Assembly (NCBI GenBank): GCA_017654855.1
Contig: CM030333.1
Coordinates: 3,038,001-3,102,000, forward strand
Reading direction: 5' to 3'
Length of the DNA stretch: 64,000 bases
Origin: Podospora anserina
Taxonomy: Eukaryota
The translations under genes and the position numbers were made by a program. Shown in pieces: positions 1 through 10,354 of the stretch (position 1 is its first letter; each line of letters begins with the position of its first letter). The notes under the pieces were generated by a model that did no database searches, had not been told where the DNA came from, and worked only from the letters and a program-made list of their open reading frames with translations.

Positions 1-180
1 ACCGAGAAACACATCCAGAGCCACAGCTGGAATGTAAGTCTGACCTGAATTGAGCTGGCTATCTTTACTCCAGGAAAACAGAAGGAGTATCACAAATAGA
101 AACAAAAAGGCAGGGTTGTTGTAGAAATATGTCGTTATTCATTGTCCCCTTGCGTCCACAATCTTCTGCATAGAGCAAAG

Positions 181-1554
181 TTAAAAGTCTTCGCCAACCA
201 TGGCCTTCTTGGTGCCAGTCCAACCATCGCGCTCGTAGTAGCGGAAAACTAGGTCGTAATCCTCAAACTCGTGAATGATGCGGTCGATGCGGCGGTATCC
301 ATCAATCCGGTCCACTGTCTGCTTGACCAAGCTTCTCTGGTTGTCCTCGACATCAGCACCATCGCTAGGGGTCGTGGGCTTATTCTTGGTCTGGAATAGG
401 GTGACAGTGAAGCGACCAGGTCGGAAGATGTTGATCACGTGGTCAATGACCTCGGAAGTCTGGCGTCCATTCTGGCCACTCGGCACGTTGGTCTCGAACG
501 AAGCGTATGAGCAAATGGGCTCCGGGGTGACATGGACAGTGAAGTAGTGCGCAGCTCTACTGGCAGCATCATCGCTGGACTTGGTGGGTGCAGGAATGAC
601 TCCGTTGGCGGAATATCCGCAAGGGGTGAAAAGATAGGAGTCGATGCGAGCCTCGGGGTAGACCGAGGTGGGATAAACTTCAGCCAGACCACACTTGTTG
701 GAAATGACAGTGCCGAGAGCATGGCCCTCACCAGATTTGTCAGAGTCCTCCAGGTACCACTGCTTGGCAAGCTCCTGGTCGAGATCCATCATCAAGATCT
801 CGAGCGTCTCGTCATCGTTGTCGTCGAGGGATCCCACACAAGGCGCCACAATGCCTGTGGGGATCTTGGCGGAGCGGGTAGGGCTTCCGCCGGTGCTAGA
901 GCTAGGGGTTCTAGGCGGGGTCAAGGTGGAAGTGGTAGGTGAGGTCATGTACAAATACCAATGATCCGCATTCATGCGACCGACCAGATAGGCGCTACCA
1001 TTCTCGAACAGTTCGTCCAGGAACTTGACCTCTTCCTTCCAGCTGGAGTGGGGGCCTTGTTGGCGATCAGGGAAGAGGAAATTCTTGCGGCTGTAAAAGA
1101 CACGGTGAGGTGTGGCGGCAACGCGCTCATCCTCCAGTGTCTTGACGTTGTGGAAAGGGAATCCGGCATCGATAGCAGCGATGCGAAGAAGACGGCGCAG
1201 GCCCAGCAACAGGGTGGTGGTGCCGCAGGTCTTGAGGATAAGCTTGTGGGGGAACACAAACATGCTAGACTCGGAAAGGAGGTAGGCGTCAACGTGATCA
1301 GAGTTGACGATGGACAGGACCTTGCAGTTGACCATATCCAACATGCCCTCCCAGATGGAGGGGCTGACCGACTTCAGGCCATTCTCTTTGACCCCAGGAG
1401 GAAGAGTCTTAGCACTCGGCGCAAACCAGACCTCGAGAAGTTTCTCGGGTCCCTCAAAGGCGTTGGTGGAGTCCAAGTCAGCGGTAATCTCGTGGTTGAT
1501 GGTGAGCTGGGTCTCCTCAGCGGCGACGCTGTTGGTGACGTTGGTGGAAGTCAT
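181..1554 (-). CDS. spe2: S-adenosylmethionine decarboxylase proenzyme
   Basis: 457-aa intronless ORF with FEGPEKLLEVWF, the pyruvoyl self-cleavage motif YLLSE/SSMFV, LKTCGTT, FTPCGYSAN and HVTPE..SYASFE. Confidence 0.96.
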   Translation of the reverse strand: MTSTNVTNSVAAEETQLTINHEITADLDSTNAFEGPEKLLEVWFAPSAKTLPPGVKENGLKSVSPSIWEGMLDMVNCKVLSIVNSDHVDAYLLSESSMFVFPHKLILKTCGTTTLLLGLRRLLRIAAIDAGFPFHNVKTLEDERVAATPHRVFYSRKNFLFPDRQQGPHSSWKEEVKFLDELFENGSAYLVGRMNADHWYLYMTSPTTSTLTPPRTPSSSTGGSPTRSAKIPTGIVAPCVGSLDDNDDETLEILMMDLDQELAKQWYLEDSDKSGEGHALGTVISNKCGLAEVYPTSVYPEARIDSYLFTPCGYSANGVIPAPTKSSDDAASRAAHYFTVHVTPEPICSYASFETNVPSGQNGRQTSEVIDHVINIFRPGRFTVTLFQTKNKPTTPSDGADVEDNQRSLVKQTVDRIDGYRRIDRIIHEFEDYDLVFRYYERDGWTGTKKAMVGEDF

Positions 1555-1916
1555 GTTTGGCGAGGTTTGGGGTGTGTCGGCTATGTTCTCTGGTGAAAAC
1601 GTCCGCGGGACACTAGCTGCCGCTCAAACGAACCTTTAGGTCGCTTGAGAGAGTAGGCCCACAGGAAAGGGGTCTCGCTTTAGAGGCTGGCGACGCCAGC
1701 AGCAGGTGTTCGGGAGGTGGTATCTGAACGTCTCGCAAGCGGACGTTAGGGGGGGCGGGCACGGAGGGTGACGCGATAGCGCTTTGAGAGCGGAATGTTG
1801 GGCTTGCGCTTAAAACAGGCTTTTATTGCAGGTAAACCGATACCTGGGCGCGAGTATCGGAGATGATGGTGGAGTAAACCAAGGAAGGGGTGATAGTGAA
1901 GCTATATCGTCGGGAT

Positions 1917-2000
1917 CTAGATTCGAAGAGTTAGACTGGTGCTGGGAATCAGGGTATATGTAGGTCGCGCTGGAAGAAGCATTTAAACAAAGCTTGTCAT
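1917..2000 (-). promoter_or_regulatory. Two back-to-back candidate uORFs in the putative spe2 leader (MTSFV* at 2000-1983; MLLPARPTYTLIPSTSLTLRI* at 1982-1917)
   Basis: Minus strand reads cacc-ATG ACA AGC TTT GTT TAA-ATG CTT...ATC TAG, 360-450 nt upstream of the spe2 ATG. The transcription start is unknown. Confidence 0.4.
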
Positions 2001-2693
2001 GGTGAAGAAAATTGTGTGTTGAAACGGGAGGGACGATTAGCATACCAGGACCTTCCAATGGCTGTGCGCATCTCAAGATGGGATGGTCGTCGGTGGTGTT
2101 GAAAGTTTGCGCGGCAATGCGATAGGTGCAAAAGCTGTGGTGGGATGCTCTCGAAGCTGCCCCTTGGCACGACAGAATCGAATCGGTCGGAAGATCGGCA
2201 ACAAGTGGCAGTGGTTTTCTTGTTTTGTTTGTAAGCAAGTAGGTCTACCTGGCTGTGAGCCAATGGCACAGGGGAAAAAATAAAAATATCCGGTTGCTGA
2301 GAGAATTTTGGCATTTGGTTCTTCAAGTGGGATGTGATTCTTCTCTGCGTTTTTTTTTCCATGGATGGCGGGGTTTGCTCACCCCTGTCAGCCGTTGCCC
2401 AATGCTCCCAAGGTCGTGGAAGCTCAAGGGGGTGTGCCGGTCCCACTGTTAGTAGACCACACTCGTCCCTCTATCAACCCTGAGCACAACCCTAACAATG
2501 CTTCATCAACGATGATAATTTTTGCCTTTCTCGACCACGGGCCGATAAGACCCGTTTCATTGAAAAAGTCCCGTTACTTCATTGCCCTGACAGCTTACAA
2601 CACGTGAACCCTGATAAACCATTGAAGTTATCGCGATGGCATGGTGGGTTATGAATTGACCGCCTACGACCCCTATGAGTCTACCCTCCTATA

Positions 2694-3693
2694 TCACGCG
2701 CCCCCTTGCTCAACTGCCGAAACAACATCAGCAGTAATCGTCTTGAATATCGGCGCCAACGAGCAGTCCTTGTACTTTAGTACCAGTTGCGCGGTATCTC
2801 TCTTAGCCTCCTCAGCCTCCGCCTCCTTTGCAGCTGCCGAGATATCTTGCCCATTAATAACTGTTCCCTCTGGATATCGCGGCCTCTTTCCCGTCTCAAC
2901 CAAGACAATAAACTGCTGGTCGATGGGAACACGCCCCAAGAACTTGACATTGAAGTCATCGGCCATGACTTCACCTCCTCCACTGCCAAAAATGTTGGTG
3001 CACTCGCTGCAATTCGGGCAAACAAAGCCGCACATGTTCTCGACAACGCCCAATATACGGATCCCCGTCTTGGTGCAGAAGTTGAGTTCTTTCCTCACGT
3101 CGGCAGTAGCCACTGCCTGAGGGGTTGTCACAATTACCGCCCCGGCGACCTGATCTGGCCGTGCCTTTTGAAGCAGTGTCTCGGCAAGAGAGATGTGCTC
3201 ATCACTCGTGCCAGGTGGTGTATCGATGAGAAGGTAGTCGAGCTCCTCCCAGAAGACATCTGACAAGAACTGGCGCACCATGGCTGTCTTTTTCGGCCCG
3301 CGCCATACCACAGCATCGCCTCGCCCAGGGAGTAAAAACCCCAGACTCATGACGCGAAGCGAACCAAGTCCAGAAGTTGGATCGGCTTCATGGACAGTGA
3401 TGGGTAGCCAGCCCCCGGGTGCCTGTGTCACTTTGGCATCCTCGATGGCAAACATGCGCGGTATCGATGGCCCCGTGAGGTCAACATCGAGAACACCGAC
3501 CGAGTGGCCAGCTAATGAGAGTGACAATGCGAGCTGGGTAGTCACGGATGACTTTCCGACACCGCCCTTGCCTGAGAGGACCTGCAGATTCGTTAGCATG
3601 AGTTTGGTCATGATGGCCATGACGATGGCGGGGCAGAGTGCCGAGGTGGGGCAAACGGACAAGGACGATGTGTTTTATCTTGGATAGCGACAT
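2694..3693 (-). CDS. cfd1: Cytosolic Fe-S cluster assembly P-loop NTPase Cfd1 (one intron after [11 protein letters not shown])
   Basis: [38 protein letters not shown] and CPNC motifs. The N-terminus is short and lacks the Nbp35 four-Cys extension. Confidence 0.92.
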
Positions 3694-4548
3694 TCGATAT
3701 ATGTGCGAAAGTCGAACTTTGTTATTGAGGTCCAGTGCTTACTGAGAGTTTGACCAAATGAGTCTCCGTCAGGGTGGTTGAAAGAGCGCCATCTTGAAAG
3801 TCGAAAGGCTTCTTGGGAAATGGTTAGTTTGCCTCCCAAAATCGAGGTGCCCCTCCACCCACCGATTTGCGGCCTGTATCGGCGCTTGCTTTATCAGCAG
3901 CCAGCAACCCCCATGCCAGTTGCTCATATCGGATGAGCTACTCAATGACTTTGCTCAAGGCAATCCTTCTAACTTACATGTATTGCAGGCACGGTGAGTA
4001 AGAATTTGTCTTGATTGGAATGCGCGTCAATGTAAACACCTACCATTTGACTCGGCGTACGGTAACTCACCTTACCCAGCTTAGACCCAAGATTCGCTGA
4101 GATTGGTCCGTGCTCACGGCCCGGCGGCAAGCTCCAACGACACTGAATACATGCATCTATCTCACGCTCGACAAACGTATGGTTTCTGTGTGCAAGTAAA
4201 TACCTTGCACGTAAACCAAAGCCCTTTGAGATGAGTCGTTTGAGACTCTGAGCCATATAGCCATGACACCACCATTCTCCCTCGTGGCCAAACCCTCGCT
4301 CCGCTGCATGCGTAAAGAGCTCCCGCTGTTCAGACAAACTTATGACACAAGCGGTCTGGATCTCCGTCTGATATCCTCCTCGATCATGTGCGATAACTAT
4401 CACAAGCGTGAAGCATAGCGGAATATGGTGCCAACATGCCCCTGTCCATAGTTCTCTGGAACAAGTATATAGTCGTGCACTACCCCCCAAAGCTTCGTTG
4501 GCTCCTCTCCAGGAACTTGCAGCAGAGATTCAAATCTAAACTCACAAA

Positions 4549-5079
4549 ATGTTGCCTATCGTCACCTACCTCGTCAGCATGCTGGCACTGATCAGCACCG
4601 TGTACAGCACCCCCGCGGTTGTCAACAACTCACTCTCCCTTCACAACACCTCATTCCTCGCTGCTTATGATGACTCGGGGTATATCCTGGAATGGATCTG
4701 CGATCATGATACCTCGCCAGCCCACCAAAACTCCATCCGGGACGAAATTGATTACCTACGTTCGTTGCCAGAGACACCCAGACCACGGACGACGCAAAAG
4801 GGTTGTGGTCGCGTAAGCTGCTCTTGGAGAAGCGCAATTACTTGGTGTAACGAGGTAGGTTCAAACCGCCAGAGAGTCATCCTCGGGGACCTTCTACATT
4901 CTACTGACATCCAACCACCACAGAACTTCAACACTGGTATCGAGACTACGTGGGAGCACATTGCCGCAGGTGCAGAGAGTCTGCTCACGAAGTGCTCTTA
5001 CAACGACGGTCGCGGGGTGAATGGAGTGGCGCGTTATAGCACAAACTAGTTTGTGAAAGTTTGGGTCAACGGCTGTTGA
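4549..5079 (+). CDS. Small secreted 6-Cys protein, paralog 1, with in-frame TAG at 5047-5049 (intron 4855-4923)
   Basis: Signal peptide MLPIVTYLVSMLALISTVYS; CGRVSCSWRSAITWCN motif shared with the neighbours. The reading frame continues N*FVKVWVNGC-TGA, aligning with paralog 2 NWHTEVQGEAC. Confidence 0.75.
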
Positions 5080-5618
5080 TGGCGGGTTGTTGAAGTCAGT
5101 CGTGGCGAGGGAGCATAGAAGGTTTGTCGTAAATTTGCGACTCACTATACCCGCACTGGTTGCCGGGCTGCGTTCTTGAGTATGGCAAACAGATGATGTG
5201 ATATAGATGTCGGCCGTGAAGTTGTAAAGAGAGATGATCAATAAAGTGCCCTTCTACGGTTGCTGTGGCCCAAACCAAAATAACCCGTCCTCCGGCCATT
5301 GTCTCCGAATCTCGGCCGCAACATTTGTGTTCAAGTTGCTGCTCTTCCGTGAACAATGATGTAGTCTTCATTTGCTTTGATATCTTGCTTCTCTCGGCCG
5401 AAGGGCCCATGCTTATCAAACGTTTGTTCGTCAAGGAGCAACAAGATTTCCGCCCGATGTCTTCTCCGCGGTTCAGCAGCGGCAGCTGTCCAAGGTGGCA
5501 GCAGCGGGATGCTCCTGCCAGCCGTGCCCCTAACCAGTATCTATATCCATGGTTTCCCCCAGCATTCGGTCCTTCCCCTCCTTTCCAAACCATCAAACAC
5601 ACACTCACCATTTGCACA

Positions 5619-6109
5619 ATGATATCCATCCTCACCATCGCCGCCAGCGCGCTGGCCTTCTCAAGTGTGGCCTACAGCGCCCCCGCTGAACTCGCCCCCT
5701 CCAATGGCACTGCCACGGTCTCAAACTACACTGTATACTACGAGTGTAACCCATCCAACCTGAAGTGGGCCGAAATCAAGAACATCCAGATCGGCCGCGA
5801 TTATCTAAACGGGCTCCCGGGCAAGGCTAAAATCGCCGGAGGCAAGCACTGCGACCGCGTCAGCTGCTCGTATAACTCGGCCATTTTCTACTGCAACGAC
5901 GTGGGTGATCCTGCTGTTTTCGGTTTATTGCTTCTGTTCAAAGCTGACGCTGATTGTGACAGGATGATAACGAGAAGGAGGTCGAGTGGGAGAGGCTCGC
6001 CGAATTCACCTCACTGCTTCTTGACAAGTGTGGTGATAAGAGCGTGGTGAAGGGCAGGGTGTTCGACAGGCCTAACTGGCATACTGAGGTTCAGGGTGAA
6101 GCTTGCTAA
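5619..6109 (+). CDS. Small secreted 6-Cys protein, paralog 2 (intact; intron 5901-5962)
   Basis: Signal peptide MISILTIAASALAFSSVAYS; CDRVSCSYNSAIFYCND. Exon 2 reads DDNEKEVEWERLAEFTSLLLDKCGDKSVVKGRVFDRPNWHTEVQGEAC*. Intron position matches paralog 1. Confidence 0.85.
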
Positions 6110-6843
6110 GGGCGGCTGGGTGAAGTAGTTGGGTGTTAAGTAACACAGGGACGAGCATAGAGTTGTAGTTTCGCGCGGAGCCGCGACTGAAGGCATTTGC
6201 GCTGGTTTAGCACGGTTTCTTCAAAGTTGTATTTTATTACAAGAACTGTGATTGTCCATTTCGTGTCGTGGTTTCTTCCCCATCGAGTATTACCAACTTG
6301 CCTGGTGTCCAGGGAGCAGCGGACGTAATCGGCGTCTCATACTGACTCCGGATATATTCCAGTATCCGACTATCTGCTCATGGAGTGACGGACGTCGAGT
6401 TACTAGCTCAACTTTCTCGTTACCTTCTATAAATTTTTCCCTATTGTAGAAGAAACTGTCGAAGTTTCGCGCGAAATAATCTCCAAAGCCAGGCCCCCAC
6501 TTCAGGTCTTCTCATGGAGCAGGTCATCATCCTTTCCTTGATTCACTTGAACACGGTCTCTGTGAGATACCACATCTAGGAGTCGGCCGTAAACCATGCA
6601 AGTGAAAACAATCAGTTGTCTACCACCTTGGAAGAGCAACCACAACGACAGTATAGAGCATGAACAGCACAAGAAGTGGGGCCAGAAGTTGACAGAGGGC
6701 AGTGAATGATAGCAACTGTCTACCTTGATCCTTGTATTCTGTATATATACCTAAATCACCGGTAAGTTGACGAACTCTTCTCCTTCTCTACACGCCACCC
6801 AACCCAACCGACTTACAGTTGCTTCCGACACACAGCTTACACC

Positions 6844-7449
6844 ATATTGGCTGTTCTCACCCTTATCACCAGCATGCTGGCCGTGACCTACAGCGTCCCA
6901 TCTTTCCACGACATCACCTCTCTCCACAACAGCACCTCGCTCCACAACAGCACCTTGCTCCACAACAGCACCTCGCTCCACAACAGCACTTCCTTAGACA
7001 ACAGCTCGGCTCCGACTTTTGGCAACAACAATATCTATCCCAAGAGCTCCAGATATTATACATGCAAAATGGAGGGCAACGGAGCCCCGATCAACGAGAT
7101 CGGCCACGGAATCGAATACCTCTATGACCTGCAGCCCAGCCTAGCGAGGATTGGCGAGGGCAGACACTGCGACCACGTCAGCTGCGAGTGGGGGTAGGCC
7201 ATCTTTTTCTGCAATGATGATGTAGGTTCATGTCGCGAATGGCCAGGTTGACGTTGTTGAGATCTGTTGCTGATATGAGTTTATCTTAGACGAACCGCGT
7301 CAAGGTAGTTGAATGGCCTCAGATTGCCGATGCCGCTTCGCTCCTCATCGACACATGCAGGGATACTTCTGAGGTGATTGTGAAGGGCAAGGTGTACTTC
7401 ACGAAGTAACTGGCATGTTGAGGTTGTCGGAAGTGTCAGTAATTGCTGA
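6844..7449 (+). pseudogene. Small secreted 6-Cys protein, paralog 3, disrupted
   Basis: Start codon reads ATA (6844) in ACC-ATA context; TAG at 7195 within CDHVSCEWG*AIFFCND; one extra base near 7404 shifts NWHVEVVGSVSNC out of frame. Confidence 0.75.
6922..6993 (+). repeat. 18-bp tandem repeat x4 encoding LHNST(S/L)
   Basis: ctccacaacagcacctcg-like unit four times, followed by a degenerate fifth (LDNSS). Confidence 0.9.
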
Positions 7450-7864
7450 ATGGGTTGGTTGGGATTCACGATGCTGGAGCAGGTGGTTTAAGGTTGAGGA
7501 TGTGGCTGATAATACATGGGCACTGGTTACTGGATTGTTCTTCTGTCTTTGTCTGCTCTGCTGTAGTGATGCTCAGTAAATGTGGTGACGATTAAGGGGG
7601 CCCCACTATAAAAGTATAAGCCAGGGGCGGCCCACTCCCAAGGGAGGGTCCGTGTCGACGCGCCAACATGATCCGGGCTGTCCCAAGAAACTTGACGGCG
7701 CCGCATTTGGTCGACCCCAAAGCGAACCTGGTTTCTGGGTCAGATAACGTGTCATATCATTCCCAGTTTTTATCCTCGAGCATTCTTGTTGCAGTATCTT
7801 CACAATTGGGCCATCAACGGTTCTCAGAATGTCAGACTGATCATGACAGTGGCCGCCAATCAGC

Positions 7865-10354
7865 ATGGACGATCCATGGCGCTCACCATGGACTGCGACC
7901 GACGTCGACCCCGACAAAGACCACAAGCTTCCCTCTCCCTCTCTCTCCAAATCCGACCTCGCTCCTCCACCGCGCGCGCTTCTCTCGGGCACCAGCTCTC
8001 CACGACTCTCGGCGGCAGTCGAATCTTCGCCATGGGGCGATGACGGGGATGGCCTCGGGGACTGGGCCGGCGCTTCGACACCGGCGGCCGATGCCTCGTC
8101 GATTCATTCGGGATGGGGCGGTGGGTGGGCAACGAGTCCGAATCTTGCGGCCGTTCGACGAGACGATGATTCTGGCAGGTTAAGCCCAATCGCGTGGCCT
8201 GGCAACATTGCGACGCCAAAACCAGCAAACGGCTCCGCCTTTCGACAACCCTCGCCCGATCCCTGGGCAACCGAGTCTTCGTTCGACAAACCGCCAACGG
8301 AAATCGACGCACCCCAAGTAATCGTCGATCTTGCCTCTCCTCGAGCGACGCACTTTGAGACGCTGAAAGCCACAACCGGTTTGGGGGCGATTGGCCTGGA
8401 TGCTGGATGGGATAGTGCCTCGGTGGAAGAGAACAGAGAAGGACCGACCGAGGTCACGGATCCCCAGAATCATGAAGAAAAGCGAGCAGAGGATCCGGCA
8501 CAGCTTCCGCGGCACAATGGCGAGTTTCGCTCGTACACTCCGTCGAACGAAGGAACAGATCACGACGATGATCATCAAGACTCACCCATAACGTCCATCG
8601 ACGAAGACCACAGAGGCCGTCAACGAGAACCGGCCCGGCCTGCTGGTAAGGTCCAGGAGCTGGTCGTCAAGTTTGATGGTCTTGCCAAGGCTAGGAGCCA
8701 GGAGAGCTTGCGTGTCCCTCGGCCGAAGAGCAGCGGCAGTGGCAGTGTGGGCAAACGGGATACCTCGAGTGACAATGGTGATTTTGGTGACTTCGAGGAT
8801 ACAGAGGACGTCAAATCCCACCCACCCCCAGATCCCGTGGAACAACCCGTGGCACCTCAGAGTTCGGAAGACGCGGAACGACCTGTCACACCTCCCTCAT
8901 CGCAAGACGTAAAGTCACCACTCACTCCTCCTTCATCAAAGTCAAAATGTGAAGACGAAACTCCCACAAAGCGATCTCCCCAGGTAAAGTCCAGTGCCGT
9001 TGCTTCCCCCGAAGTTCCTATCAGACCGAAAATCGTCCGTCCGACCTTTGAAGTCAATTTGGACCAAGTTGGTGAACTTTTCGAGTCGATGAAAGTTCCT
9101 GTTAAACTGCCTATCATCAGTATTGATGGTGAGATTCCGGAGCGTGTCATCACCGACAGCTTCAACGAGATATCTGAACGAAAGCTGTGGTACCGTTTGT
9201 CTCGGTTGGGATCGGCGAGGAGACACGATGCTGCAGATGAAGACAGCTACAGACGGATCACTTGGCCGACGTCCACAGTTCGTCAGGAAGTCATTACAAT
9301 CGTCCGCCGGTGGATGGAAGAAGACTCCATTGCTGGCCGAGTGGCTCTTGGCGGAGGCATATCCAAGACTCAGAAGAATATGTTCGGCTGGGATTCCTCT
9401 GCCGAGCCTGTTGGTCTGGATGCTGTCTTTGGCAAGCGAAAACAGGAATCTAGGGCAGCTCCACCACAGCCGATCCAGATCTCAGATTCCCTGGCGTCTT
9501 TTCTTGAACCACCAACTCCTACGACGTCTAGATCAGCCCACAGTGTCGCATCACCCCCACCAGCTGTACAAAGCCCGCCGGTTGCTTCCTTCGGGTGGAG
9601 TGAGAGCCCTGCATTTGCTCCCACGCCAACTACAACCCTTGCACCAACCCCACGACCATCAACAGGCGGGAGCGCGCCCTCAGCCTTACCGTCAACAGCA
9701 GGTCATTCACGAACCGCCTCGCAGCCGGCAGTGTTCGGTACTCCAACAGCATTTTCACCTGCGCCAATAGCCGAAGCAAACCATGACGATGGAGAAGACG
9801 ATGATGAAGACTGGGGTGAAATGGTCTCTTCACCAGTTGAGTCAAAGCCGGCTGGATTCCAGAGCTTGGATGATGCCTTTGCGGCCCCAATTGCTCCTAC
9901 TACCTCAGCATCTACACTGTCAGACCCTGAAGCGGCTGGTGAAACTAGACCTTCTGCGAGCGACCCATGGTCAACAATGGACTTTTCGATGTTTGACGCT
10001 CCAGCTCCGGCTTTGTCTCAGTCCAAAGCGCCAGCCGCTCTACCGACGCCTTCAGATACACCTCTCGCCTTCTCGCCCATAGTTGTGACATTTCCGCTGT
10101 CTCTTTCAGAAACGCCCACACCTTCACCGACATTCACGCCACCAACACAAACTTCACCACCTCCACCAAAGGCACTTCTCAGCGCACGACCTTTTACACC
10201 ATCAGTGCCATCGCGGCTGTCAGAGCACATGTCCGTGCCACCAGATCCTGTTCCCCCCATCCAGGATTCCATCCACGATCTGACTACGAGTGACGATGAG
10301 GTGGCTAAACAGATCATCGCAAACCTCCCCGACCTGTCATACATGTTGCGATGA
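7865..10354 (+). CDS. Pro/Ser-rich low-complexity protein, possibly an aftiphilin/Laa2-like AP-1 accessory factor
   Basis: 829-aa intronless ORF with DFGDFED, DWGEM and LGDW motifs and C-terminal IIANLPDLSYML. The function is inferred from motifs only. Confidence 0.6.
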   Translation: MDDPWRSPWTATDVDPDKDHKLPSPSLSKSDLAPPPRALLSGTSSPRLSAAVESSPWGDDGDGLGDWAGASTPAADASSIHSGWGGGWATSPNLAAVRRDDDSGRLSPIAWPGNIATPKPANGSAFRQPSPDPWATESSFDKPPTEIDAPQVIVDLASPRATHFETLKATTGLGAIGLDAGWDSASVEENREGPTEVTDPQNHEEKRAEDPAQLPRHNGEFRSYTPSNEGTDHDDDHQDSPITSIDEDHRGRQREPARPAGKVQELVVKFDGLAKARSQESLRVPRPKSSGSGSVGKRDTSSDNGDFGDFEDTEDVKSHPPPDPVEQPVAPQSSEDAERPVTPPSSQDVKSPLTPPSSKSKCEDETPTKRSPQVKSSAVASPEVPIRPKIVRPTFEVNLDQVGELFESMKVPVKLPIISIDGEIPERVITDSFNEISERKLWYRLSRLGSARRHDAADEDSYRRITWPTSTVRQEVITIVRRWMEEDSIAGRVALGGGISKTQKNMFGWDSSAEPVGLDAVFGKRKQESRAAPPQPIQISDSLASFLEPPTPTTSRSAHSVASPPPAVQSPPVASFGWSESPAFAPTPTTTLAPTPRPSTGGSAPSALPSTAGHSRTASQPAVFGTPTAFSPAPIAEANHDDGEDDDEDWGEMVSSPVESKPAGFQSLDDAFAAPIAPTTSASTLSDPEAAGETRPSASDPWSTMDFSMFDAPAPALSQSKAPAALPTPSDTPLAFSPIVVTFPLSLSETPTPSPTFTPPTQTSPPPPKALLSARPFTPSVPSRLSEHMSVPPDPVPPIQDSIHDLTTSDDEVAKQIIANLPDLSYMLR

